NCBI GenBank assembly: GCA_021161865.1
Contig: JAGGZU010000015.1
Coordinates: 1-36,977 of the forward strand
From: Thermoplasmata archaeon
Lineage (GTDB): Archaea; Thermoplasmatota; E2; DHVEG-1; B18-G2
DNA length: 36,977 nucleotides
Reading direction: 5' to 3'
Position 1 is the first letter of the stretch; every line of letters starts with the position of its first letter. The notes beneath the pieces are model-generated. The model saw only the letters and a program-made list of their open reading frames with translations. It was not told where the DNA came from and searched no databases. Both the position numbers and the translations under genes were made by a program. Shown piece after piece: positions 25,603 to 33,283 of the stretch.

Positions 25603-26242
25603 CTTTGATCACCCTTTCACCTAGGAGGTAGTAGGAGAAGGTTTTGTCGTCGTAAAGGAGTCTTCCGTCAACCTTTACGTGTTCTCCTGTGGTGAGGTTG
25701 AAAAGGTACTGTGGTGGGGAGAAAACCGTTATACTGTAACCGTTGTTGGTTAACGTGAAGGTGTTCCGGGAGATTTTTAGGTTTTTGATTTCACCAGTTA
25801 GTGACAGTGGTAGGCTCATGTATCTTTCTGGTTCAGTTGCAACAACCCATATACTGGTTTTTTGTGTACTCATCCTCTTTATTATTTGCACGTTGTTTTT
25901 GTTGTGAACAACAATCTCCCATTTTCCCTCGTATTTCTGGACTGAACCCTTTGCTTTTATTATGTCATCAACGTTAACATCGATTTTGTCCATGGAGAAA
26001 ATGGTTGTGTTACCTGGAGGTTCGTTTTGTATGTTTCTCAAGCCTATTATTTGGTTCCCTGAGGAGGTGATGTACACGCTGGTGACAACCCCAGCTATCT
26101 CCACTGTTTCGCCTTCGAAGGATGGTATCTCATCTAGGGTAACATGTGGTGGTTGAAGTATCAGTGATAGAAGGTAGAGTATGGTTACTCCTGCTGTGGA
26201 TAAAATGAGAGGAGCAGTTTCTCTCCTCATACTCATCCTCAC
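25595..26242 (-). CDS. N-terminally membrane-anchored protein with two OB-fold-like domains (predicted extracytoplasmic)
   Basis: 215 aa. MRMSMRRE followed by a TM (LILSTAGVTILYLLSLIL). OB-like pattern 1: ETVEIAGVVTSVYITSSGNQIIGLRN...DDIIKAKGSVQKYEGKWEIVV. OB-like pattern 2: LSLTGEIKNLKISRNTFTLTNNGYSITVF...GEHVKVDGRLLYDD. Two sequons (NTT, NLT). Confidence 0.55.
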   Translation of the reverse strand: MRMSMRRETAPLILSTAGVTILYLLSLILQPPHVTLDEIPSFEGETVEIAGVVTSVYITSSGNQIIGLRNIQNEPPGNTTIFSMDKIDVNVDDIIKAKGSVQKYEGKWEIVVHNKNNVQIIKRMSTQKTSIWVVATEPERYMSLPLSLTGEIKNLKISRNTFTLTNNGYSITVFSPPQYLFNLTTGEHVKVDGRLLYDDKTFSYYLLGERVIKVD

Positions 26243-26301
26243 ATGGTTGATTATTGTTTTTAGTCTTGTAATGTTGTTGAGTTAAAAAAGTGTAACCTTT
26301 T

Positions 26302-29154
26302 TTACATCCATGCGTCAAGCCCTTTTTGTTCAGTCGCCATCACGTCTGTGAGCCCAAATGCACCCTTTATGTAGTTTTCTATCATTGTTTTGTACCAATC
26401 TAGATCAATATCTTTGAGGTCCCCTATTAGCTCTATAGGATACATGTAGTCTATGGGTTTTACACCACTCTTCGAAGGATTCGATATAGTAGGCAGGGGT
26501 TTTTTTGTTACAACAAACTTAAACTTTACCCTTGACCTTATTTTTTGTCCAATTAGTTCTTCAAGTGCCTGCGCTCTTCTTCCATAGGTTGACATGCTAC
26601 CATCCCTATTTTTATGGTAGCGTTTTGCAGGTTGCACGGATTGAACAAGTGTGAGATCCTCTAGATCAACGTTTGTAAGATCCAGCTTTTTTAGCATCTC
26701 TCTTGTCCCCTTTTTTATACTGTCTTTAACTTGTTTTCTCACCTGTTTTTCGTCATCCCAACGATGGTTTTCTCGCAGCACCTCTTTCATTATTTCCTCT
26801 AACGCTTTTCGTGCAATGTTTGCTTTGTCAGAACCTTTGAAGTTGTTTCCTTTTGCGATCACCTCAACATCATTGTTTTTTGCATCAAATATAAGGTAGT
26901 TTTTGTGTTTCACAAAGATCATAGCATCGTGTTTCTCAGGTTCCAGTTCAAACCCACTGTAGTTAAGCTGTTTCCTCCAGAGATCAGTGCATTCCCTTAT
27001 GGCTTCTAAGGCTTTATCTGGATGGGTTATCCATGCCTTTTCGTCAGGTTCCTCTTTTACACCCAACGCAGCTGCAAGCCTTGGAACATTACCCATGGAT
27101 TTTGAACAACCAAGATATATGCCATCGGTGTCTCCATACACTATCCTTATACCCTTTTGATTTAACCTGTGAAGAGTATCTGACAGTATCTCCTGTCCCT
27201 TTGTTGTTATCGCTGCAGCACCCCACAGGTTGAACTGTCGTCCAGATACATATGGTGCAGATAGTATGCCGTGTGTTCCAGCGTTTCTAGCCCCCTTTAA
27301 ACTCTGGTAGATCATCTTCAATCTCTTTTTCTTCTCAGAGTCTTCCTCGTTTCTCAACTCCTTTTTGATTTTAGCTATCACATTCATTATACCGGTCATT
27401 GCACTGTTGACTACACCAGGGTTTTTGTCTATACTCACACCAATCATTATACCCTTGTCTGCAAACCTCTCGTTTTCTCCAATGTCTCGCCAAACCACAT
27501 CATAGTTTCTCAGAAACTCTTTTGGTAGAGATTTGAGCCATACCCATGCGTCGGGTTCCTTGTTTTTTCTCGTAAGCTTCACGGTGTCTGCCCCTATGTT
27601 CAATGCTTTGAGGATGGTTGGGTACATGGCTCCTACATCAGCAACTATAACATGGTACCATGGAACAAAATGTGAGTTCGCCTCTTTGTCAGGTTTTATG
27701 GTCATACCTCCTGGCATATGATAGTTCAGCATCTCATCCTTGTCTTTTGCTGATTTGTTGTATATAACAGAAGGATACTCAACCCAGTCGGGCATCTCCT
27801 CACCGTATTTCAGAACCCTCAGTAAATCCTTTGAAACCTGAGCCCTTTTCTTTTTCCCCTCCTTCACCAGCTCCCTTTTGGTGGACCATTCTGGAAACAA
27901 ACCTATGATTGATTTGGAGAGAGGAAGCACCCGTGCAACTGGTGGCATGATTTTTTTCTGATGTACAGCTCTTATCATCGCCATATGGTCCCACATGTTT
28001 ACTGCACCGGAGCTAAGGAGCATCTCAAAAGGCATGCATGTTGTGAATGCTAAGGGCAGAGCTTGCTCCAACAAATGTAATGTCACGCCGCATTGTTCCT
28101 GCACATCATGTTTGTTGTAGAGTAGTGTTCTTTCATCCATTTTAATTTGACTGGGCATCAATCTTACTCGCCCCTCTATCTTTATGCCAAGGAAGGGGGC
28201 AACGGATTTAAGTCCAAAGTCATCAAGGTATGGGTAAAACTTTCGCACTCCAAGGTAGGTGTCGAAGGTGCTTGGGTGAACCGTAACTATCTCTGAACCG
28301 ACACCAAAATGAAATGATTTATCCTTTTTTGCATATCTTGCCAAGAACTGCTGAAACGTCTTCAGCTGCTCCTTAGATAGGTTTCCTCCGTTTTCTGAGA
28401 TTATTTTTTCTATTCTCCCATGTATTTGAATGTTGTCGAAACCAGCTATGTTGTGACCTGATATTATGTGATGCTGTTTAACTAGGTCGCAAAACATTAA
28501 CAGGTTGTCTATCTCTTCATCCCTGTTACGGGCGACAACCTGTGTAATCTCATTTTCTATCCAATTTGAGGGCCAGTCTAAAACCTCAAAGTTAAACTCC
28601 TCTTTCTCCAGATCCTTCTCGGATTCTATTGACAGGTCGAGGGAGGTGTAGCCTATGATATCTATCGGTAAATCTGTTCGTCCTTCTTCAAACTCAGTGG
28701 TTTCTATATCGTATACAAGGATTCTCAGTTTTTTTCTTTTACCTTCTGTATCCAGCACCCATGCTTTGTCGGTAGCGGCGAGATCCACTAGAACCCTCTG
28801 ATGATAGGGTATGTCATGTTCAGCTGTGTAGAGGTCATGGTTGAAAAAGATGTAGTCGCTTATCTCAGGGACGAGAAAGGATCTCTTCGCGTACACACGA
28901 AACGCTTTTCTTTTTTTCTCGAAATCCCAGAAGCTACGGTACTCCTCAACCTCTCCAATGTCTGTTATATGTTTGAGAGGGTTTTCCTCTCCTTTTTTCC
29001 ATGACTCAATGAGTTTTTCTCGTTCTTTTTCAACGTTCTTGTTCGAGGGTGGAAACACTAGGAAATGAGGTTTATGTATATCCTCCAACATTTGCGGTTT
29101 TTTGTTGTGAATGTAAAGGTATTCTGGTGATACTCCAAGAAGTGTCTCTCCCAT
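26302..29154 (-). CDS. polB: Family-B DNA polymerase (divergent motif B)
   Basis: 950 aa. ExoI VYDIETT (28698-28718), ExoII HNIAGFDNIQI, ExoIII YNKHDV. Motif A ADVGAMYPT (27617-27643). Motif B QSLKGARNAGTHG (27268-27297, atypical). Motif C VYGDTDG (27121-27141). No intein. Confidence 0.9.
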   Translation of the reverse strand: MGETLLGVSPEYLYIHNKKPQMLEDIHKPHFLVFPPSNKNVEKEREKLIESWKKGEENPLKHITDIGEVEEYRSFWDFEKKRKAFRVYAKRSFLVPEISDYIFFNHDLYTAEHDIPYHQRVLVDLAATDKAWVLDTEGKRKKLRILVYDIETTEFEEGRTDLPIDIIGYTSLDLSIESEKDLEKEEFNFEVLDWPSNWIENEITQVVARNRDEEIDNLLMFCDLVKQHHIISGHNIAGFDNIQIHGRIEKIISENGGNLSKEQLKTFQQFLARYAKKDKSFHFGVGSEIVTVHPSTFDTYLGVRKFYPYLDDFGLKSVAPFLGIKIEGRVRLMPSQIKMDERTLLYNKHDVQEQCGVTLHLLEQALPLAFTTCMPFEMLLSSGAVNMWDHMAMIRAVHQKKIMPPVARVLPLSKSIIGLFPEWSTKRELVKEGKKKRAQVSKDLLRVLKYGEEMPDWVEYPSVIYNKSAKDKDEMLNYHMPGGMTIKPDKEANSHFVPWYHVIVADVGAMYPTILKALNIGADTVKLTRKNKEPDAWVWLKSLPKEFLRNYDVVWRDIGENERFADKGIMIGVSIDKNPGVVNSAMTGIMNVIAKIKKELRNEEDSEKKKRLKMIYQSLKGARNAGTHGILSAPYVSGRQFNLWGAAAITTKGQEILSDTLHRLNQKGIRIVYGDTDGIYLGCSKSMGNVPRLAAALGVKEEPDEKAWITHPDKALEAIRECTDLWRKQLNYSGFELEPEKHDAMIFVKHKNYLIFDAKNNDVEVIAKGNNFKGSDKANIARKALEEIMKEVLRENHRWDDEKQVRKQVKDSIKKGTREMLKKLDLTNVDLEDLTLVQSVQPAKRYHKNRDGSMSTYGRRAQALEELIGQKIRSRVKFKFVVTKKPLPTISNPSKSGVKPIDYMYPIELIGDLKDIDLDWYKTMIENYIKGAFGLTDVMATEQKGLDAWM

Positions 29155-29193
29155 GTTTTTTTCTCAATGCGTTTCAACTACTTAAACCTTCAA

Positions 29194-29203
29194 ATTAATA
29201 TAC
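29194..29203. promoter_or_regulatory. A/T-rich TATA element (AATTAATATA) in the 71-bp divergent polB / deacetylase intergenic region
   Basis: Centre is ~27 nt upstream of ATG 29226 (leaderless geometry) and ~44 nt from polB ATG 29154. Confidence 0.45.
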
Positions 29204-29225
29204 AAGGGTTTTACTACCAGAGCCC

Positions 29226-30230
29226 ATGGTCACAGAGGTGGTTTACTCCAAAAAGTTTCTTGAACATGATCAAAGCACGCACCCTGAGAATGCAGAGAGG
29301 CTGAGGGTGATAATAGATGAGATACACGATTCTTCTATTGTCGATAGGTTGAGGATGAAGGAGCCTTCTTCAATCAGTGAGGAGGAGTTGTTTTTGGTTC
29401 ACTCCAAGGAGATGGTAGAGTATATAAGGCGGCTAAGTGAGACCAGTGGCTGGGTGGATTTTGACACCTATGTTTGCCCTGGTTCTTTTGAGATAGCTAA
29501 ACTTGCTGCGGGAGGTGTTGTTGGTCTTGCTCACGATGTTTTGAGGGGTGAGGTGGAGAATGGTTTCGCGTTGGTTAGACCACCGGGGCATCATGCTACT
29601 GGCACTAAATCCATGGGTTTCTGTCTTTTTAACAACGTTGCTCTTGCAGCAAACAGTGTGGCAGGTGAGGGTAAAAGGGTGTTGATTTTTGATCATGATG
29701 TGCATCATGGTAACGGCACTCAGGAGATTTTTTATAAAAGAGATGATGTTCTTTATCAGTCCTTTCATCTCTCCCCGCATTACCCTGGAACTGGGAGTGT
29801 GGATGAGATTGGTGAGGGGGACGGCAGAGGGTTTACAATTAATGCACCGCTTCCAAAGGGTTGCGGTGATGAAACCGTTACATTTCTTCTTGATGAGGTT
29901 TTTTTACCCATCGCGGAGCAGTTTAAACCGGATCTGGTTATTGTTTCGGCAGGGTTCGATTCTCATTATTTGGATCAGCTCGGCGGTTTAAGTCTCTCAG
30001 CAAACTGTTTCGCGGAGATAATAAAGAAGTTTAAAGGGGTGCAGTCACGGATACTGTGTTCATTGGAAGGCGGTTATAATCTTAAACTGCTTGGCAGACT
30101 TGTTTTAACTGAGCTTGAGGTTTTGGTTGGAAAAAAACCTTCTTACAGTGAAAGGGTTGAGGAGACAAACAATGCTAAGAAAGTGGCTGATGAGGTAAAG
30201 AACAGGGTTAAGGAGTATTGGAGTTTTTAG
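29226..30230 (+). CDS. Histone deacetylase-family Zn-dependent deacetylase, paralogue 2
   Basis: 334 aa. RPPGHHATGTKSMGFCLFNN, IFDHDVHHGNGTQEIFY, SAGFDSH, EGGYN. Confidence 0.85.
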   Translation: MVTEVVYSKKFLEHDQSTHPENAERLRVIIDEIHDSSIVDRLRMKEPSSISEEELFLVHSKEMVEYIRRLSETSGWVDFDTYVCPGSFEIAKLAAGGVVGLAHDVLRGEVENGFALVRPPGHHATGTKSMGFCLFNNVALAANSVAGEGKRVLIFDHDVHHGNGTQEIFYKRDDVLYQSFHLSPHYPGTGSVDEIGEGDGRGFTINAPLPKGCGDETVTFLLDEVFLPIAEQFKPDLVIVSAGFDSHYLDQLGGLSLSANCFAEIIKKFKGVQSRILCSLEGGYNLKLLGRLVLTELEVLVGKKPSYSERVEETNNAKKVADEVKNRVKEYWSF

Positions 30231-30526
30231 TCGAAGATCATTCCCATTCCTGTGGCTGCTGACTCATCCTGCGACATTATTTTTTCGTTGATTTCGTCTG
30301 CATTTTTTTTGGCAAGTTTTTTTACACCTATTTCTTTGAATAGCTCCTCTGCTCTTTTTACTCCTTTGTCGCTTCCCTCTATTTTCACATAGGTTACATC
30401 CTTATCTAAGTCCAAGGAGGATGCGTCTCTTGTTGTGATGCTTTGTCTGCTCACAACATCATCTCGTATAACCTGATCTATCTTCCCAATGAGATCCTTT
30501 TTCACCTCGAATATCGCATAAACCAT
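30227..30526 (-). CDS. Small hypothetical protein with an acidic linker and a P-stalk-like C-terminal tail (…QDESAATGMGMIFD)
   Basis: 99 aa. AGGTGA SD 7 nt upstream of ATG 30526, and 40 nt downstream of coaD on the same strand. The stop shares the tetranucleotide TTAG with the convergent deacetylase gene. No family recognised. Confidence 0.6.
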   Translation of the reverse strand: MVYAIFEVKKDLIGKIDQVIRDDVVSRQSITTRDASSLDLDKDVTYVKIEGSDKGVKRAEELFKEIGVKKLAKKNADEINEKIMSQDESAATGMGMIFD

Positions 30527-30566
30527 GGTTTTTTCACCTGCGTCTCCTGTAATGGGAGGTGCTATT

Positions 30567-31040
30567 TTAATCTTTTTCCAAGAGATGCCCCTCTTGGTTT
30601 ATCTCTTTTTTTCTTATCCTGGTTGAGCTGACAGGTGAATCATCCTCCGCTAAAACAAAGGGTATGTTTATTATTTCAAGCGGTTTTTTCCCCTTTTTTC
30701 TCCTTATCATGTTTATCTCTTGTGCAACTTTTTCTGTTTCCGGTGAAACAATGATTGCATCAAAGTCTCCTTCGATAGATGGACCGTATTTGTCGTAGAT
30801 GGGTTGTATTTCAGACTGAGAGTAGAAACCTTTTTCTTTTAAGTATTTTTTAACATCTTGTATTCTTTTGTTAAAGGGCAGTACATCCTTTTTTTTGTTT
30901 GCAATTTCTCCTTTTGTTATTCCGATGAAAACCCAGCCGTTTTCACCTGCGATTTCAAAGGCTTTGTCTATTAAAGCCTTGTGTCCCTTGTGTAATCTGT
31001 CGAAGGTTCCTCCTATGCAGACTCGTCTGTTTTTTTTCAT
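30567..31040 (-). CDS. coaD: Phosphopantetheine adenylyltransferase, archaeal type (cytidylyltransferase-like fold)
   Basis: 157 aa. CIGGTFDRLHKGHKALI (GxFxxxHxGH nucleotidyltransferase motif) and a C-terminal ISSTRIR-like VSSTRIRK. Confidence 0.8.
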   Translation of the reverse strand: MKKNRRVCIGGTFDRLHKGHKALIDKAFEIAGENGWVFIGITKGEIANKKKDVLPFNKRIQDVKKYLKEKGFYSQSEIQPIYDKYGPSIEGDFDAIIVSPETEKVAQEINMIRRKKGKKPLEIINIPFVLAEDDSPVSSTRIRKKEINQEGHLLEKD

Positions 31041-31100
31041 GTGAGTAACGGTTTTGAAAAACTAAAGTCATAAATATGTAGTTTTCTATAACAATGGTGG

Positions 31101-33161
31101 ATGGTGGTGAAAAGAACATTTGATGCTGTATTACTTTTATTCCTGTTGAGTGTTGTCCTTATCTTTGTTGTGGTTGCTGTGGGGGCACGTGACATTTATG
31201 TTGATGGTTCTTACCCGTATTCAACTGGGGATGGAAGCGTGGATCATCCTTATCAGACTATTCAGCATGCTATTGATGTTGCGGAGGATGGGGATACTAT
31301 TTATGTTTTTTCTGGAACATACAATGAGAGTTTAACGATTGATAAGAAACTTACTTTGCAGGGTTTGGATAAGGGCAATACAACGATTTGGAGGAACGCT
31401 AAACATAGGTATACTATTGAAATATCCGCTGATTTTGTTACTTTGGAGGATTTCAATATAAAGGCTGGTAGTGGTTGTCGGGTTGCAGCAGTGTACGTTA
31501 CCTCTGATGTTGTCACAATTCAGGGTAACACGATAAATGTTACTGGTGACACATGGGGTGTTTATTTGGATTCCTCTGATGGCGACACTATTGGGAGTAA
31601 CACTGTTGTTGGAGGTAAAGGTGTTTATGTTTATTCTTCGGTGAATGATGCGTTTACTAACAACGAGATATCCAATGCCACGGATGCCGCTCTTAAGTTT
31701 CAAACTTCTGACAACGCCATTGTTTATGGGAACCTGTTGCTTAACAATCGTTTCGGGGTTTATGCTCAGAGTTGTAGTAGTTTCAACATCACAAACAATA
31801 CAATTCAAGATAATCATCTCGATGGCGTTGATCTCTATCTTGGGAGCAACAACATTGTTTTCAGAAACACAGTAGCGGGTAATGCTAATGGTTTGGATAT
31901 GAAATCCGATGACGGCGTGGTTTGGAACAACACCTTTGATGATAACGGGATTGGTTTAATCCTTGCTGGATTAGGATGCAAAGTGTATGGCAATATCTTT
32001 GAGGATTCAACATCCTACGGTGTTTATGCTGATTCTGGTAGTTCAGGTAACCTAGTTTATGAGAACAGGTTTTTGAAAAACACAGTGCATGCGTTGGAGA
32101 AAGGCAGTAATCAGTGGGATAACGGTGTTGTTGGTAATTATTGGGATAACTATGATGACGTTGATAGGAACCTTGATGGTATAGGTGATTACCCGTATCA
32201 TATTTCTGGTGGAGGCATTGATCATTATCCAACTGGGAATTTTCTTAAACCACCTGATAAACCAACGGATCCTTCTCCGAAGGATGGGGCATCGAATGTT
32301 GGCCTTACTCCAACCTTGCAGGTTAAGGTTTCTGATCCTGATAGTGACAGTTTAACAGTCTATTTTTATAGGGCAGATGATGATAGTCTTATCGCTGAAA
32401 GACATGGTGTGCCAAGTGGTGGAACAGCATCCTGTTCCTTCCACATGGCTTATAACACGGTTATGGCGTGGTATGTTGTTGTTAACGACTCTAAGCTTGA
32501 GGCAACCTCCGACATTTGGGTGTTCACCACTGTTCCTATTCCACCGACAAACAATAAACCTGTTGCTGACCCTGGTGGACCGTACAGTGGGGAGGTGAAT
32601 GAGGCTATTCAGTTTGATGGGACAAAATCCCATGACCCTGATGGCAGCATAGCGTTTTACAGGTGGAATTTTGGTGACGGTAGCGGTGAGATACTTGCAG
32701 ATAAACCAACCCATACGTATAGCGAGGCTGGGACTTACACGGTTACTTTAACGGTTATAGACAATGATGGTACTAGCGACACCGCTGTTACCTCAGCTGT
32801 TATTGGTGAAGCATCTACTAATAAGGCGCCTGTTGCTGATGCTGGTGGACCGTATGAGGCTAAGGTCGGTGAGCAGGTTCTTTTTGATGCATCCTACAGT
32901 TATGATCCTGATGGTAGTATTGTGAGTTATGTTTGGGATTTTGGTGATGGGGAAACTGGAGAAGGGCAGACGGTGCAGCATGTGTATTCTAAGCCAGACA
33001 CCTATATTGTTAAATTGACTGTTACCGATGATGCTGGTGGAACAGATAGTTCTTCAACGTATGTGGTTGTGAGTGAGGAGAAAAAAACCCCTGGGTTTGA
33101 GTTTTTCTCAGTTGTTTTAGCTGTCATGATTTGCTTTGTTGTTTTGAGAAAAAGAGGGTAG
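31101..33161 (+). CDS. Secreted right-handed beta-helix (NosD/PbH1-repeat) protein with an Ig-like domain, two PKD domains and a PGF-CTERM anchor signal
   Basis: 686 aa. N-terminal signal/TM, then DGDTIYVFSGTYNESLTIDKKLTLQG followed by repetitive N-x-I/V beta-helix rungs. Two PKD modules (WNFGDGS, WDFGDGE). C-terminus KKTPGFEFFSVVLAVMICFVVLRKRG. Confidence 0.85.
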   Translation: MVVKRTFDAVLLLFLLSVVLIFVVVAVGARDIYVDGSYPYSTGDGSVDHPYQTIQHAIDVAEDGDTIYVFSGTYNESLTIDKKLTLQGLDKGNTTIWRNAKHRYTIEISADFVTLEDFNIKAGSGCRVAAVYVTSDVVTIQGNTINVTGDTWGVYLDSSDGDTIGSNTVVGGKGVYVYSSVNDAFTNNEISNATDAALKFQTSDNAIVYGNLLLNNRFGVYAQSCSSFNITNNTIQDNHLDGVDLYLGSNNIVFRNTVAGNANGLDMKSDDGVVWNNTFDDNGIGLILAGLGCKVYGNIFEDSTSYGVYADSGSSGNLVYENRFLKNTVHALEKGSNQWDNGVVGNYWDNYDDVDRNLDGIGDYPYHISGGGIDHYPTGNFLKPPDKPTDPSPKDGASNVGLTPTLQVKVSDPDSDSLTVYFYRADDDSLIAERHGVPSGGTASCSFHMAYNTVMAWYVVVNDSKLEATSDIWVFTTVPIPPTNNKPVADPGGPYSGEVNEAIQFDGTKSHDPDGSIAFYRWNFGDGSGEILADKPTHTYSEAGTYTVTLTVIDNDGTSDTAVTSAVIGEASTNKAPVADAGGPYEAKVGEQVLFDASYSYDPDGSIVSYVWDFGDGETGEGQTVQHVYSKPDTYIVKLTVTDDAGGTDSSSTYVVVSEEKKTPGFEFFSVVLAVMICFVVLRKRG
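32559..33075 (+). repeat. Tandem duplication of a ~270-bp PKD-domain module
   Basis: Near-identical 26-mers cctgttgctga(c/t)(c/g)ctggtggaccgta at 32559 and 32829. Protein modules PVADPGGPY...DPDGSI..Y.W.FGDG...H.Y...GTY.V.LTV.D..G. Confidence 0.8.
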
Positions 33162-33283
33162 AGCCGGCGAAGGGATTTGAACCCCTGACCTGCTGATACC
33201 TTGAAACCCTTTTTTTTTGGGATAAAACCCTTTTTTAAAGGGTTTTTACAAGTCAGCCGCTCTTCCAGCTGAGCTACGCCGGC
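33162..33283 (-). tRNA. tRNA-Thr(UGU) with a 49-nt intron at canonical position 37/38
   Basis: Hand-folded: acceptor GCCGGCG/CGCCGGC, D arm GCTC/GAGC, anticodon stem GCTGA/TCAGC, loop CTTGTA|intron|A, T arm AGGGG-TTCAAAT-CCCTT, discriminator T, no encoded CCA. The mature length is 73 nt. Exon CTTG can pair with intron CAAG, compatible with a bulge-helix-bulge. Confidence 0.85.

Noticed and set aside
33198-33250. A/T-rich palindromes, first read as an intrinsic terminator or a small repeat element between the beta-helix gene and trm5
   Set aside because: The flanks fold into a complete tRNA-Thr cloverleaf, and the palindromic segment sits exactly at position 37/38. It is therefore a tRNA intron.
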